Shown here: positions 27,305 to 40,449 of the stretch, one piece after another
Layout: each line of letters begins with the position of its first letter
Numbering within the stretch: position 1 is the stretch's first letter
NCBI GenBank assembly: GCA_023231475.1
Contig: JALJEE010002602.1
Span: forward strand, 1-64,000
Length of the DNA stretch: 64,000 nt
DNA from: Seison nebaliae
Taxonomy: Eukaryota
Direction: 5' to 3'
The notes under the pieces: model-generated
Seen by the model: only the letters and a program-made list of their open reading frames with translations
Database searches by the model: none
What the model was told of the DNA's origin: nothing
Translations under genes and position numbers: made by a program

Positions 27305-28856
27305 TCAAATTAAAATCAAATTAGAACTATAAATATCGCTGATAGGATTTGTATTGAATGTGGTTTGGTTGAACATGGTTGATGTTGTTGGAAGAGATGC
27401 TGCCGTTGTTGGAAGAAAAATATTATTCTGATTGTTCTGGTTATTTGTTAAATTTGTTTTTTGTGAGAATAGGAGCAATTGTTCGATATAATCGTTATTG
27501 ATTGCTACCTGTGTCTGATGAGTTGGATTATTAGATAATTGATTCAATATCAATTGATATCGAAGTGAATTTTGTAAATTTTGATTTAATTGCAGCAATT
27601 GATTCAAAGTTGGTGAATTGGTCATTGAATTAATATAACCATTTGATGAGGAAGCAGTCGCTTGTCCAATTCTTGATGGAGAAGACGATCGAACAAGATT
27701 CAAAGAATTATTATTATTATTATTATTGTTGTTGTTGTTATGGAGTGTGGTATTATGAGTGTCTTTCGCCATTAATTGATCATGTTGATTTCGAGCATAA
27801 TTGTGACATCCTAAATCAATTAGATCTAATGAATTACCTAAATTAGGAGTAGGTCTAGTAGGTAGTTGTTGTTGTTGTTGTTGTTGTTGTAGGAGATTTG
27901 CATAATTCAAATAATCAGAAGGATATATGGGGAAGAGAGGTTGATTTATCGACATAAAATTATCATTTTGGACATTTTGGAGTAGATTGTTGGCGGATAT
28001 AACATTCAACGCTGGAAATGAAAGAAGGAAAAGTTTTCGTGTTTAGTCAATTCATGGAAGTTTAATTCGAAGCAATTTTCATAATAAATGCAGCACAATA
28101 TTGTGAAGACAATAGAGGAGGAAAGAAGAGAAATGAGTGGAGAAAACAAAAAGAGACAAACCAGCTTGAAAAGCTTTGGCATTCTTCGTTTGTGTGTGGG
28201 ATGGATGTGATCTAATTGTTGCTTTATTGATTTCAATTCGACGTCCACCACATATCGTACCATGCAATGTTTTGCGTGCAAGACTAGCATCTTTAGCATT
28301 CGCAAAACTGACAAAACCGAAACCCTGATTAATGTTAACGAAGGAAATTAGATTTACCATCACCGAGAAAAGAAGATCGACACATGCCATCATTCACTCC
28401 ATCATAAACGATGAGACAAATTAACAGAAAATTTGCGAAAAACTACATACAAAACAATAAAATCGCTACGAAACTTTACTTCCACGATCGTTGAATATCA
28501 CTTCCACATCATCTATGGGTCCGAATGACTGAAAATTTAGAAAATTTTTAAAATTTTTAATAATTTTAAGAACGAAATTAGCTAACTTTAAATAATTCTC
28601 TTAAATCTTCGTTACGATATTTGAAAGGAATGTTCGAGATGTGCAGCCGTTGTTCCGACTTTTGAACATTATCATCGTCCTTCTTATTCGTCGAGTTCTG
28701 GCATTTGGTAACGTCAAATTCGATGGACGTAGTAGTTATTGATGATGATGTAGGGATTGAAGATGGCGAAGAAGATAAGGATGAATAATTTAAAGCTGTT
28801 TGGACGTCTTCGTAACAAAATGGAGCTTTCATATTACTGTTTGTAGTGCCATTCAT
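27305..28856 (-). CDS. RBFOX: RNA-binding Fox-1 homolog (exons >=28856-28587, 28528-28475, 28324-28162, 28011-27305; 5' end uncertain)
   Basis: RLHISNIPFKYR...[27 protein letters not shown]...LHGTICGGRRIEINKAT is the Fox-1 RRM, including a 54-nt exon ending in RGSK. Confidence 0.92.
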
Positions 28857-31800
28857 TTTTGATGGTAAATAATGGTCGATTCTCCTCTGATTCTAAAGTT
28901 CGATAATGAAGTAGACATGAAGTTAGAGTTGTTCAAAGCATTAGAAACATTGTGCAATATAGGAAGTCGTAGATGAGAATGATTATCAGAATTTGGAGTA
29001 GGTAAAAGGAAGATGATGAATATAAAAAGTTCATTATAAAACATATATAAATCGACATCGATACATAAATGAAAAAAGTTGCTAAACAATTACTGAAGAA
29101 TTAACAGTAAATGATTTCTATCAAATAGAACTCATCAGAATCGATTGTTCATCTTGAAGAGGATGAAAAGTCGGAAATAATATTTAGATTTCACTCATCA
29201 ACTGATGGATGAAATCCATCACTTCTGCTGATGATCTGCTGGGGAAAGCAATTGAAAGAAAGAAGGAGGAGAAACTGGGAAGATACTTCGTTCCAATTTC
29301 TAACAAAAGACAAATCCACTTTTTCGTCGATATTAATTATTTTCGTTCTTTCATCAAGAACATTTCCAAATCGTTCGATTAGATGAATCTTGTTATTCAT
29401 TTCGATCCATAAAATGATAGTTCCATCAATGTTACTAAGATGAGCATTGCGTCAACTAAGTTGATGACGCCATATCGTTATCGGTTTACTGTACAGAAAG
29501 ATAATTTTACATTCCATAAAATTACAATTCATTCGAATTGGATGAAGTTATGAGAAGAATATAATGGAAAAGAATAATGTTAATATATTAATAGAAACTT
29601 TTACCAACGTCGGAGTAAAAGATGAACAAGAATGTTCGATCCACATACTTAATAGTGGAACTATAGAGAATTAATATAAACAGAATTCAGAAGAAATTAT
29701 TAATTATTTCTTTCTTTATGATTATTTATTTTAATTAAGAATTCGAAGGAATTGATGATGGGATGATTAATATCTTCTCTAACATATTACTATTAGCTTC
29801 CTATGATTCGATTCTGAAATTCCTTTTGAATTGAACTTCTGATAAATCTCAAGTTGAAAATTAATTTCAATCGTTCCATTATTATAAGATTTCCCTTCTC
29901 CCATAGAAGATTTGGAGATATGGATTGGGTTTAAGTGAAATGCACATCATCAAGGAAGAATTCAATTTGAAGAAGATTTCTCCGAGGAAATGAGCAATTT
30001 CCTTCGAACAATCTACAAATGAACCTAGTTTATCTAATAACTGTTCTACTCTCTATTATTCAGTTCATCCTAGTTCGTAATTGTTGAAAAAAGAATATTA
30101 TTATTTTTCGAACAATAAGAAAATTATCGATCAATTCTTCTGCTAATAATATTAACAGAATGCCAGTTATCTTCTACTCATGAACTGCATTGTCAGTACT
30201 CTTCCAATTTCCTCCCCATTTTTTGTCTTCTTGAAATATCATTATTATTCCAAAAAAAATCAACTGTTTCAATCATAGTGCTGAAAAGTTATCATTGACG
30301 AAACGATTTTTTAGTCGAATACAATTGATCGACATTAATTTTTAAAAGAATGTTCACCACCCCCAAAAAGATGTTTATGGAAAAGAAACAAAACTCAATT
30401 GAATAAACTGAAACTAACTACTAGCATGGTTGATATGAAATGTTTGGTTGGATGGGAAGATAATAACGATCGAAACCAATCAGTTTCTATGGTAACCACG
30501 AGCGTTGTCAAACGTCCACTGAATTGTATGGCAATGAGCCGAAAGATAATTTTGTACGCTTCTTGAAACTGCCAATTTTCTTCTTCTGAATAATGAAGAG
30601 AAATAAATGAAAAATATTCTGATCAAATGGAAATCGTTAAATCATAATTATTGATAGTAAAATGAACGAAAATATTTTGTGCTAGGATATATGAAAAAGG
30701 AATGAAGAAAAATTATTAACATCATGAAATTAAACGAAGAATTGGGAGGAAATTATCAGAAAATTAATTTATAAACAATTTCAGATAAGGGAAATAGTGA
30801 AAGACGTTCCGATTTATGGAACGGAATGTGAGAGAAAATAAAAAGTTGATGAGAGATAAAGAAACATATATTAATGTTGTTTTGATAAAAGAAATTCATT
30901 AACTACCGATGCCTCTCATGTATACTGGGGTGGAACATGTATATCTGATAAGGAAAAAGACTTGGGAGGATGGTTGTCAAACGAAGGATGATTCAAAGAA
31001 TGTGCAACAAACATCCTACTTTAGTTAATCACTTCTCTTATAGATAACAGCTGATAAACGACTTTAAGAACAATTATTCACCGACAGAATACTATATCGT
31101 AAAATAGAATGCATAGAAGTTTTTGTTAAGTGCTACCTCAGAATAAATAGTGTTTGATTCTCTGTCTGTCTTGAAAGTTTTTCTGAACAAATCGAAAATA
31201 TTTCGTTGATATTAAGATAATTTTATCATATTTATTATAGTAAGCAATTTAAAAGATTGACGTCTTCAAATTCCAACTACATTTACTGGGACATCATTAT
31301 CTTCTTCTTATCTTTTTCTTCCAACATTTGTTCATTTTCTAGTCGATGATTTAGAGGTTCCCAAAACTGGAAATAAAACTTTTATTGAAACTATTAACTT
31401 TAAAAGTATCAGATCATATTCTAGAAATGGTTGGAAATTTGCTATTCTCTCTATGGTCGTATATGGTCTCTAAATGGAAGAATATCTGACAAGTCGATTG
31501 GAATAAAATTATTTCGAGATTAGAGAAAAACTTATGTGTATTCCATATGTGGACTTAATTGGTTATATTAAGGAGCAGTGTTTGGATTAAATGAGAAAAG
31601 ACTTGGGGGACAGGGAGATTCAAAGTCCTTATATTATCAATTGAGAATAGAAAAGTTTCAACACGAATCCGGACAATTTTTTCAATGAAATTTCACGGAA
31701 ATTTCGAATTACATGAGAATGTATTCCTTTAAAATCCACTCTTCGATTATTCTTCAAACATTTTTATTCTGAAAATGTTACAAATTTCAATGACGTAATA

Positions 31801-34329
31801 ATCGGTTCTCGGTCTTTTCTATAATCAACCTATAATAATCGGTCTATAAGAGAATAATCAACCCGATAACACCCATTATGGAAGTAAATAATTTAATACG
31901 TATTCAAATTCCAGCAGTGACATTGAGTATCAGTATTTTGTTTTGATTCGGTAACGGAAACCTAGTGGCGTCCAAACGATAACAAAAATTTAAAAAAAAA
32001 AACGATTTGATTTTAGAATGAAAAAAAATCCAGATTGTCCTTTTTGCTTTCTATACATACACTTATCGTTCTATTTTAGCAAAAAAACAGAACGATCAGC
32101 AACATGAAAACAGAACGATCGAGATATTTCCTCACTTGTTCCGTATGTTTCTTGGAAACTTCTATACGAAACAGCCACTGAACTTTAGGGGTCTGAAACC
32201 AAATCTTATTATATATCCAAAAATCCGGTTTTTTCGTACTTCCAATTTTCATGGGAAAGTTATCAAACAACTGATAACTATCCTTTCTATCGTTTCTTTA
32301 GATAGGAGAGTTTTTAATTATTTCTTTAAGGAAGATGATAAATGTGAGAAATTTTTCGTCACATCTCACCATAGGAAGAATGTGAGGTGTTGGTGAAAAA
32401 TAAACGTTTGAGTCAATTGAGCAAAGAAATTGTTTTTTTTTCTTTTCTTACGCCGATCAATCAACCTTTTTTGTCTCATGTCCTTTGATAATGAAACTAT
32501 TACATAACCATAATTCAGATAAACAAAAATCATAATAATAATTGGATTTACATAATATTATTACATGAATAGTTTGGCAGTTGGAGTTAATGGAAAGAAG
32601 AAGAAATTGGTTAAGAGACATAAGAAAGTTGGGGATAAATCGAAGTAAAATGAAGTAAATTGATAAACAATTACAAATATAATTTATCATTCAACGTCAT
32701 TCCATATAATGAAAATTTTGTATAATTGCCATAATTCAATTAATTGCAGAATATTAGTTAACTTTGGACTTCATACTGTCTAATTTTTTTTCTCTATTCC
32801 ATTTACCTACGATGTAACATTGGGTGGGTACATTGGATACGATATCGACTTCTAATTCTTCCAGCTAAAGAATTTTCCTTCGTAAATCAAGTGTAAATCC
32901 AATGATTCGAATGACCAACGAAAATTAGACGAGACTATCCCATCTTATTTTATAATAGAACGATTTTACAAAGAAACTTCTATTATTCGTTCGCCAGAAG
33001 ATTTGTTTAGAACAATACTCTCAATCGAGTTATTGGAGAAAAATGTTTAGTTAATTCAGCTCCTAACAACGTAAATGGATACTGATGTACGGGGATATCT
33101 GGTTATCATGTCAAACGTATAATCGATTTAAAAAATGTTGTCGGAATGGTCGAAATGCAGATGCCAGAATTGGAGAATGTTTACGAATGAGTAATCATGT
33201 GTTGATCTCAAAAGAACTTAATAGGAAAAATAAAAATATGTAGGCACTTTTTTTACACTCTCCCCCCATCACTACACTCATCTAATCCATCAGTTTTTGT
33301 TTAAAAGAAAATGTTAACTGTCGTTCTATATTTCCTTTTGAAATCTCTCTCGATCTATTTGGCAGTTAGAGGAATTATTAAAAAATTTGAACATCCATAT
33401 GGTACAATAAATAGAGTAGTAGTGAAGTGTATTAAGTCAAATAAATTAGTTTTTCTTCTGGGAAGAATTAGAATACCCTTAATTTTTTCCTTATGACTAC
33501 GGAAAAAAATCGTTATCGGATTTGATTTTGATGTAAATTCTTCTCTTATGAATTGCAGGAGAAAGCTCGTTCCGACACTTCCTAATGGAATGAGTAAAAT
33601 GCACAAATTGCAATGTCTTCTCTTTCTTTTATTATCTTCTTTAGATAAGTTTGACGAGGAATGGAACGACAAAAAGATAGAACTCATCTAATTGAGTTAT
33701 TTAAATAGGAAAGGAAAATAAGAAGGGAATGAGAAGAAAATATTACTATGTATCATATGTTCAACTAAATTGTCAACGGTTAGCACATTCCCTTTAACTG
33801 CTCCTCCAAAAGATTTTGAAATTAGTTTGTTCGTTTGAAGAGAATTAGATTATCTGTCACTTCGGTACAACTAGTCAAAACACTAAATTCCAGTTGTCTA
33901 TAATAGAAATTTTTAATTTTTGAAGTGGTGCACAATCGTTAATCAGATGCGATTTTCGTGAAGAGCAACGAAAAATCTAAATTTATTCAGCTCATTTCTC
34001 CACTTACTCATCATGAATAACAAAAAACAAATGAAGATTTAGTTGAAGTGCGCATAATAATTAGCGATGCAAATAATGAATCATACCATCTCTAATAATT
34101 TATGCAAACTCAAATCCAACTGATTCGTATTCTTCACATCATTTTGTGCTCTAATTGACAAATTATCTCCATCACTATCTGTTCCATCATTATTATCAAA
34201 TGATGAAAATTAAGACCGAATTCCATATCTCCCAAACTTCCCCAAATACCTTTTATAACGATGAATTTCCATTTAAAATGTTGTGTCAAATTAAGTAGTA
34301 ATAAATGCATCTTAAATTAATAATTCAAA

Positions 34330-34484
34330 AAAATTTTCTCATTTTGTAACTTTTCAAATAAACTCTTATATTTTTCTTTAACATTCTTAAAAGTTTCATA
34401 TAAATGAGAGGAATTATATTTCATAATAAAATTATTTTATTATTTCATTACTTTCATTTCAAATGGTTCATTTAGAAAAACTCG
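34330..34484 (+). repeat. Left arm of an inverted repeat flanking H2A.Z
   Basis: Reverse complement of 35640-35786, with 2 substitutions and one 8-nt indel. Confidence 0.95.
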
Positions 34485-35046
34485 CACAATTAATGGTTTT
34501 TAATTATTATAATTAATTTAGAACATTAAATTTTATTGAATATAATTTTAAAATTATTTTCTCCCAATTTAAGAAAGTTTTGAACTCGTTCGTACAGTTG
34601 TACAGTTGGAAGTTGCTTTTGGAAATTGCAGATTATAATTATTTAAGTTAGAATGTAGAATCGAATTTAATCGAAAGAGAATGACATGTACTTCAAAATG
34701 ACAGATATGCATTCAAGTCAATTAAGAGAAACTTCATATTATTGTGAGGGACAAGTGCAGATGGAGAAGGAGTTTAGGTACGTTTACTTAGTTTCCTTTA
34801 AGCTTATATTTAGAATGGAAAAATGTCATGTTAAATTGTAAATTATCGGAATGTGATTTTCAAAGAATTATAGAAAAGTTGCATCCATAAAATGAAACTG
34901 CTTAATGGTAATATTCATTTACATTACTTCCATAAATATTAGTACATAACAAAAAGAGATTGGAATCATTTTCATCCAAACGAATATTGTATTTTCTTAT
35001 TTGAGCCATTTTATCGAATCAAATTTTATCACTTATCTGTATCAAC

Positions 35047-35486
35047 ATGGTTAGTCGTCAAATTCATACGTTATATTATATTGAGTGAATATGATTTAGG
35101 CTGGAGGTAAAGCTGGAAAAGATTCGGGAAAAATAAAGAATCGTTCTGTCTCGAGATCGGCAAGAGCTGGTTTACAATTTCCAGTAGGTCGTATACATCG
35201 TCATCTGAAAACTCGAACAACAAGTCATGGACGAGTGGGAGCAACTGCAGCAGTTTATACAGCTGCCATTCTGGAATATTTGACAGCTGAAGTGTTGGAA
35301 TTAGCAGGAAATGCATCGAAAGATTTAAAAGTGAAGAGAATCAATCCTCGTCATTTACAATTGGCGATTCGAGGAGATGAAGAATTGGATTCACTGATAA
35401 AAGCCACTATTGCTGGAGGTGGAGTCATTCCACATATTCATAAATCATTAATCACCAAGAAGCCTTTACCGTTAAAACCAGAATGA
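35047..35486 (+). CDS. H2AZ: Histone H2A.Z/H2A.V (ATG 35047-35049, intron 35050-35099, exon 35100-35486)
   Basis: [12 protein letters not shown]...[15 protein letters not shown]...[10 protein letters not shown]...[27 protein letters not shown]. The intron follows the ATG directly and there is an AATAAA at 35627. Confidence 0.97.
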
Positions 35487-35639
35487 TGTTTTTCATAATT
35501 TCTTCATGGAACATATTTTTTAATGTCTCGTTCAATCAGCATTTTTTTCTGTATATACATTTCAATTGTTGAATCAAAACGTTATTTGGGATAGAATATG
35601 ACTCTCTAAAATCATTTTCTTTGTATAATAAATTTAAAT

Positions 35640-35786
35640 CGAGTTTTTCTAAATGAACCATTTGAAATGAAAGTAATGAAATAATTTTATTATGAAATAT
35701 AATTCCTCTCATTTATATGGAACTTTTAAGAATGTTAAAGAAAAATATAAGAATTTATTTGAAAAGTTACAAAATGAGAAAATTTT
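35640..35786 (-). repeat. Right arm of an inverted repeat flanking H2A.Z
   Basis: Matches 34330-34484 in inverted orientation. Confidence 0.95.
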
Positions 35787-36040
35787 ATTATAGTATCTTT
35801 CATCCAATTAATTTGATTATTAATTTGAGAGAAGGAATGATAAATAGATCTTTTTAAGAAAATTCATGAAAGAGGTAGTACTAGGAAGGTGAGTAGAAAA
35901 AAAAAATCATTATACATTGTTGTTGAGATTGAGAAGAAAATCAAATAATAAAAGTGACTGAAAAAGAAAAGGATAATCTCTAAAGTGAATTGAAAAGAGA
36001 ATATTAAAATGAAGTTGATGTTATTGAGAGATTGAATGAA

Positions 36041-39000
36041 TTATTGAAATGACGATGATTGTCTGAGAGGAAAGACAGGTATCTGATAATTTGATTTTGA
36101 TGATTTTTTCGGGTACTTCATCACTCGTCGATTTCTTATTCGTTGTTTTTGTTGTTGTTGTTTGTAATAATAATAATTTCGACGTTTCATTCGATTTCTT
36201 TGTTTTATTCGATAAATCATTCTCGAACAAAACTGTTTTCCATTATTTTTCACGAAGGGATTCGTTGATGCTTGTGTGTTTCTTCTCATATTCTCTAATT
36301 TTTCACGAAAAATTGGATTCCAATCGACTAATACGTCACGCCATTTAACTGGATCTATTTCGATAATTTCCAAATTATTCGCTTTCGTCTCTCGAACATC
36401 TTCTGATATCATATCAATATTGTTATTTTGGATGTTTTTATTGGAAACGAATGATTCGATATCCGGTCTAGATAAATAGTCGTGGAGTACATGTGTCTTT
36501 TTAGTTTGATTTTTCATATTTACCAGTCGACTTGCTCGTCTTTTATAAGAGTTTTTATATCGATTCAATGATGTGGTTATCGGAGACCTTTTATAACGTT
36601 GGCGTTGCTTATAGTAATAACGAGAATTTATATCTGTTTCTATTTTATTAGGAAATTCTGATTGATAATCTTCATCAACAATTCCTTCAGTTTCTATCGG
36701 AAGTTGTTTCGAATTGAACGTTCCCATATTACCACCAAGAATCAAATATTCATTTTGTAATCTTAATGAAGTTTTTGGACATTTACATTTCTTGGTAACA
36801 TAGTCAGGAACGTGTAAATATACATATTTGGGTGGAATGTTCCATTTGAATGATTTTGTAACTTGCATGATATATCGAACGAAGGGAGGCGGTGCTGGTA
36901 TTCGTGGAGGTTGTATTGGAAAGAATCCGTTATAATAAGGAGAATTAGATAAGTCATTGCCTGATAACATACGTCGTTGTCGAAGGAATCCTTTTCGGTA
37001 TAATCGATATCTCATTTGTTGCCGTCTCAATTGATAGTACATTATGCTTATACTTCTATCGATTCCGATCACTTTCCCTATGAAAACTGAATAGAAGAAT
37101 AAAATATATATATCAATTTTTAAAGTTTCATTTCGAACCATATTTCTTTCTGCAGAACTTCTGTAAATTCACACGTTTATGTTCGATATAACATTTGTTG
37201 CAAGATTTGGGAGGTGACCAATTTCGAGATCGTCTAGTTGATTGCAAAGAATTTCTGCCCCATGAATCTAAATGAATATGTATAAATATGTCATTCCAAA
37301 ATTAAATATAAATTTTAACTTTTCTTTAAGACATTATTTTTCTCTTCAGTTTCTATAAATAATTCATCGATTAGTGATAATGAACATTTAAAACTAAAAT
37401 AAAAACTTTTACACGGATTATCAGATGATGTTGTCTGTTTATATCCTGGTTTGCACATGTTACATTTGCGACCAGTCACTCCCACCTTGCAAGGACATTG
37501 TCCATTGGATGTATCACAAATTGGTGACTTGGAACCGATTGCATGACATTCACAAGCTGTAATTTAAAAAAGTATTCAAATTTCTGTTATGGATACACGG
37601 ATAGATTATAACACAACCAATTTTACTAAGAAATAATTATTAATCTAGTGAGATAGAGGTAAGATCTTAAATTATCTACTGAAATTTATAAGCACTGAAA
37701 AAATTGTTAGTCAACTAAAAATGAAATGAATTAATTTCACAAATAATATCTATGTTCAACAATTAGAATTATAAAAAATTTTCGTAAGAAACAAAGTAGT
37801 ATCTTTGTTAGACACTTGAGTAACATTGCAGAATAGAAACGAGAATAAATCCTTTAAAAATGAACGATATCAAGTTTTAGAAAATAAAGTTGTTTCTTTC
37901 TTCTATTTACCTAAAATTTGAGTTCATCGAAGAACGAAACAAATAAATTTGCAAAAACTCTCTATCGAATATTTTGTAAGGGAAAACACAATTGTGTTTC
38001 CGTCCCATCAGCGATACTACTTGAGTGATGCGAATAAAACTGAACAATATTCAGGTGAAATAGTTTTTAGTGTTGAAAGTGAAGGAATTGATGTTAATCG
38101 AATGGGAAATTTGATGTTCGATTAGTTTGTTGAGAAAATAATTAGCGGTTGATAGCAAAAGGTAGTGAAGAAAGAAGAATTGTCGCACAATTTACAAACC
38201 TTGACAAATGTTGGCGTCAGTTAATGATAGGGCAGCATCCCTATAATAGAGTGTTTGACACTTTTGACAATGATCGCCATCAGTGTTGTGCTGACAATCG
38301 ATGCAACGACTACCAGTTTTACCACCGGAACGGAGATATAGTCGTTTATCGAAACGACATAGAGTTGAATGTCGATAGCAATTGCATTCTTTTTTGTAGT
38401 TGTGGATGTATCGAATGTAAGAATCATATCGATCATTCCATAATTTAAATCATTAAGTATCACGACGAATAATCACAGATAGATAATCGAAAGAAAGAAT
38501 AACACAAATATTAAAAATAGAAGAAAATGATGAGACATGATAAGATGAAATGATAAACAACTACGAATTTCACGATTTTAGAACAATAAATAAATGTTTT
38601 TGGCGGATGTACATTACCTATACAATGATTAATCACACCCAAATGTAATCGTGTAGCATCTCGATAATATTCATCTTTACAAAATTGACAATTATGTCCG
38701 ATGGTGTTATGCTGACAATTTAAACATACGCCACCGGAAGCATATTTGGTAATTTTGAATAGCTCGGAACTGAAGGTACACTCACTGCTATGATCACTAC
38801 AGTTGCACTCTGGGCAGATCATAGAAACGGGGGGTGGTAAAAAGAAGATAATATTAAATTTTTTTTCACACATATTCATTCACTCTTTTTTTCTTCAAAT
38901 ATTTTTTATATATAAAGATTTAGGGGGTAACATCCGATAAAAAATGAAGTATTGTCGAGAATAATTTCACAAAAAATAGTTGAGAATATTTTCGTTTTTA

Positions 39001-40449
39001 AAATCACTTTATCTAAACAAACCTTTACATTCATTCGCTTCCAAAGAAGTAGCACGAGCCCAGGGACGGTCTTGATAGAAAGGTTTACATCTTTCACATT
39101 CATCTCCCTCCGTGTTATGATCACAAGCACAAACCAATTTACCGAGTCTTAAAACAGAAAGAATTAGAGAAGAAGAAATTGAAAAAAGAAAATTACTCGT
39201 TCAAAATGCATTTCGATGCATGTCCATGGCATTTACATCGACCACCAACTGATATGTCAGACATTGAATAAAACCATTGAGCTGAATTTGTTGGAGGATT
39301 AATATCGGAACTAGTAATTTCACTTTGATCTGATAATAATCGATTGAATTCAATTTTGATATCAGTCGCAGTAATCCAATCTTGTAGGATGACATTAGTT
39401 TCGAAATTCTTCGCCGATGGACGATCTTTCATTGTGGAGAAAGTTAATTCCAAATGATTCGTGGTCGATGATTTCGGAAGGATTTTCAACCCTAAAGGAA
39501 ATCGATTACAAATTGCTTCTTGTTCATTTCGTTTCGTTAGTTGAACATTATTTCCTTTTCCATACATTCCGACACAATCATTCGAATAATATTGGAATGG
39601 AATCCAACTCTTACCGTGATCCATACTCTTCCATATACTCAAAGATTCGGGTGGAATCGCTCCAGAACAAAATTTCATTTTCACATAAATTATCTCAAAC
39701 TTCTTTCCAAATGGAATGTGGATGGAAATATTCGTTTTTGCTGTCGGTGATGGCAACAAAGACGACATCCAGCATGTCTCATTCACATTTTTATCATTTA
39801 AATTATCAGACGAAAATTTACTGGAAATTTCGAAATTATCACAAATTGAACATCTGAGATCGGTAGCTTGTTGCGAGTATTGCATAGCCGAATAAAAAGA
39901 GTCTCGCTTATCATAATCCGTTCGTTGACCATTCTTCAAACACATAACTTCCTGCCAAAAATTACTCGTTTTCACAATTGGCGTATTCAGTAGAGAGACA
40001 TTGAATTGATCGTCTAATATTTTATCATCATAACTTCCAATAATGTCTTCATCATCATCTTCATAATCGGATAGAATTCCCGATTCCATCATCTCCATAT
40101 CATCATATGTAACATTGAAAAGATTATCATTCTTTTCGATCATTTCATTTTCGTTCGTTAACGGATAGTAGAAAAGCGTCGAATCATTAAGTGATCGACG
40201 TTGACGAATTGATTGTTTGTTGGAGAATGAGGAGATTGTAATTCCCGTACCACAAGTCGAACTTGCAATCATTCTCACATTCTCTGCAACGTTCTCGAAA
40301 GGTGTCTGACATTTCTTCGCTACCAATCTATTGTCATAACACAAATTGTGGGATGCATCAAGAGATGGTAATCGACTTCGGTAGGATAAGGAGAAATGCA
40401 ACGAGCATTGAATAAGGAAGATTAATCGCAAGTAGTTCTTCATTTTCAT
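36041..40449 (-). CDS. netrin: Netrin (exons 40449-39197, 39147-39023, 38809-38618 [LE2a], 38388-38200 [LE2b], 37556-37407, 37352-37320, 37267-37139, 37086-36041)
   Basis: Signal peptide; laminin N-terminal domain ([49 protein letters not shown]); LE1 ([26 protein letters not shown]); two LE2-type exons; LE3 ([14 protein letters not shown]); C345C/NTR domain (FCRKKY, CKCPK, EYLILG). Confidence 0.93.

Noticed and set aside
29191..33687. Many 60-110 aa track ORFs here and in 40.5-50 kb and 53.4-55.8 kb
   Set aside because: They have AT-driven composition, often TTG/GTG starts, and no motifs or consistent splice structure, so I treated them as spurious.
38149..38463. Track ORFs 38149-38448 (+) and 38221-38463 (-)
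   Set aside because: They are shadows of the netrin LE2b exon, which is in a different minus-strand frame.
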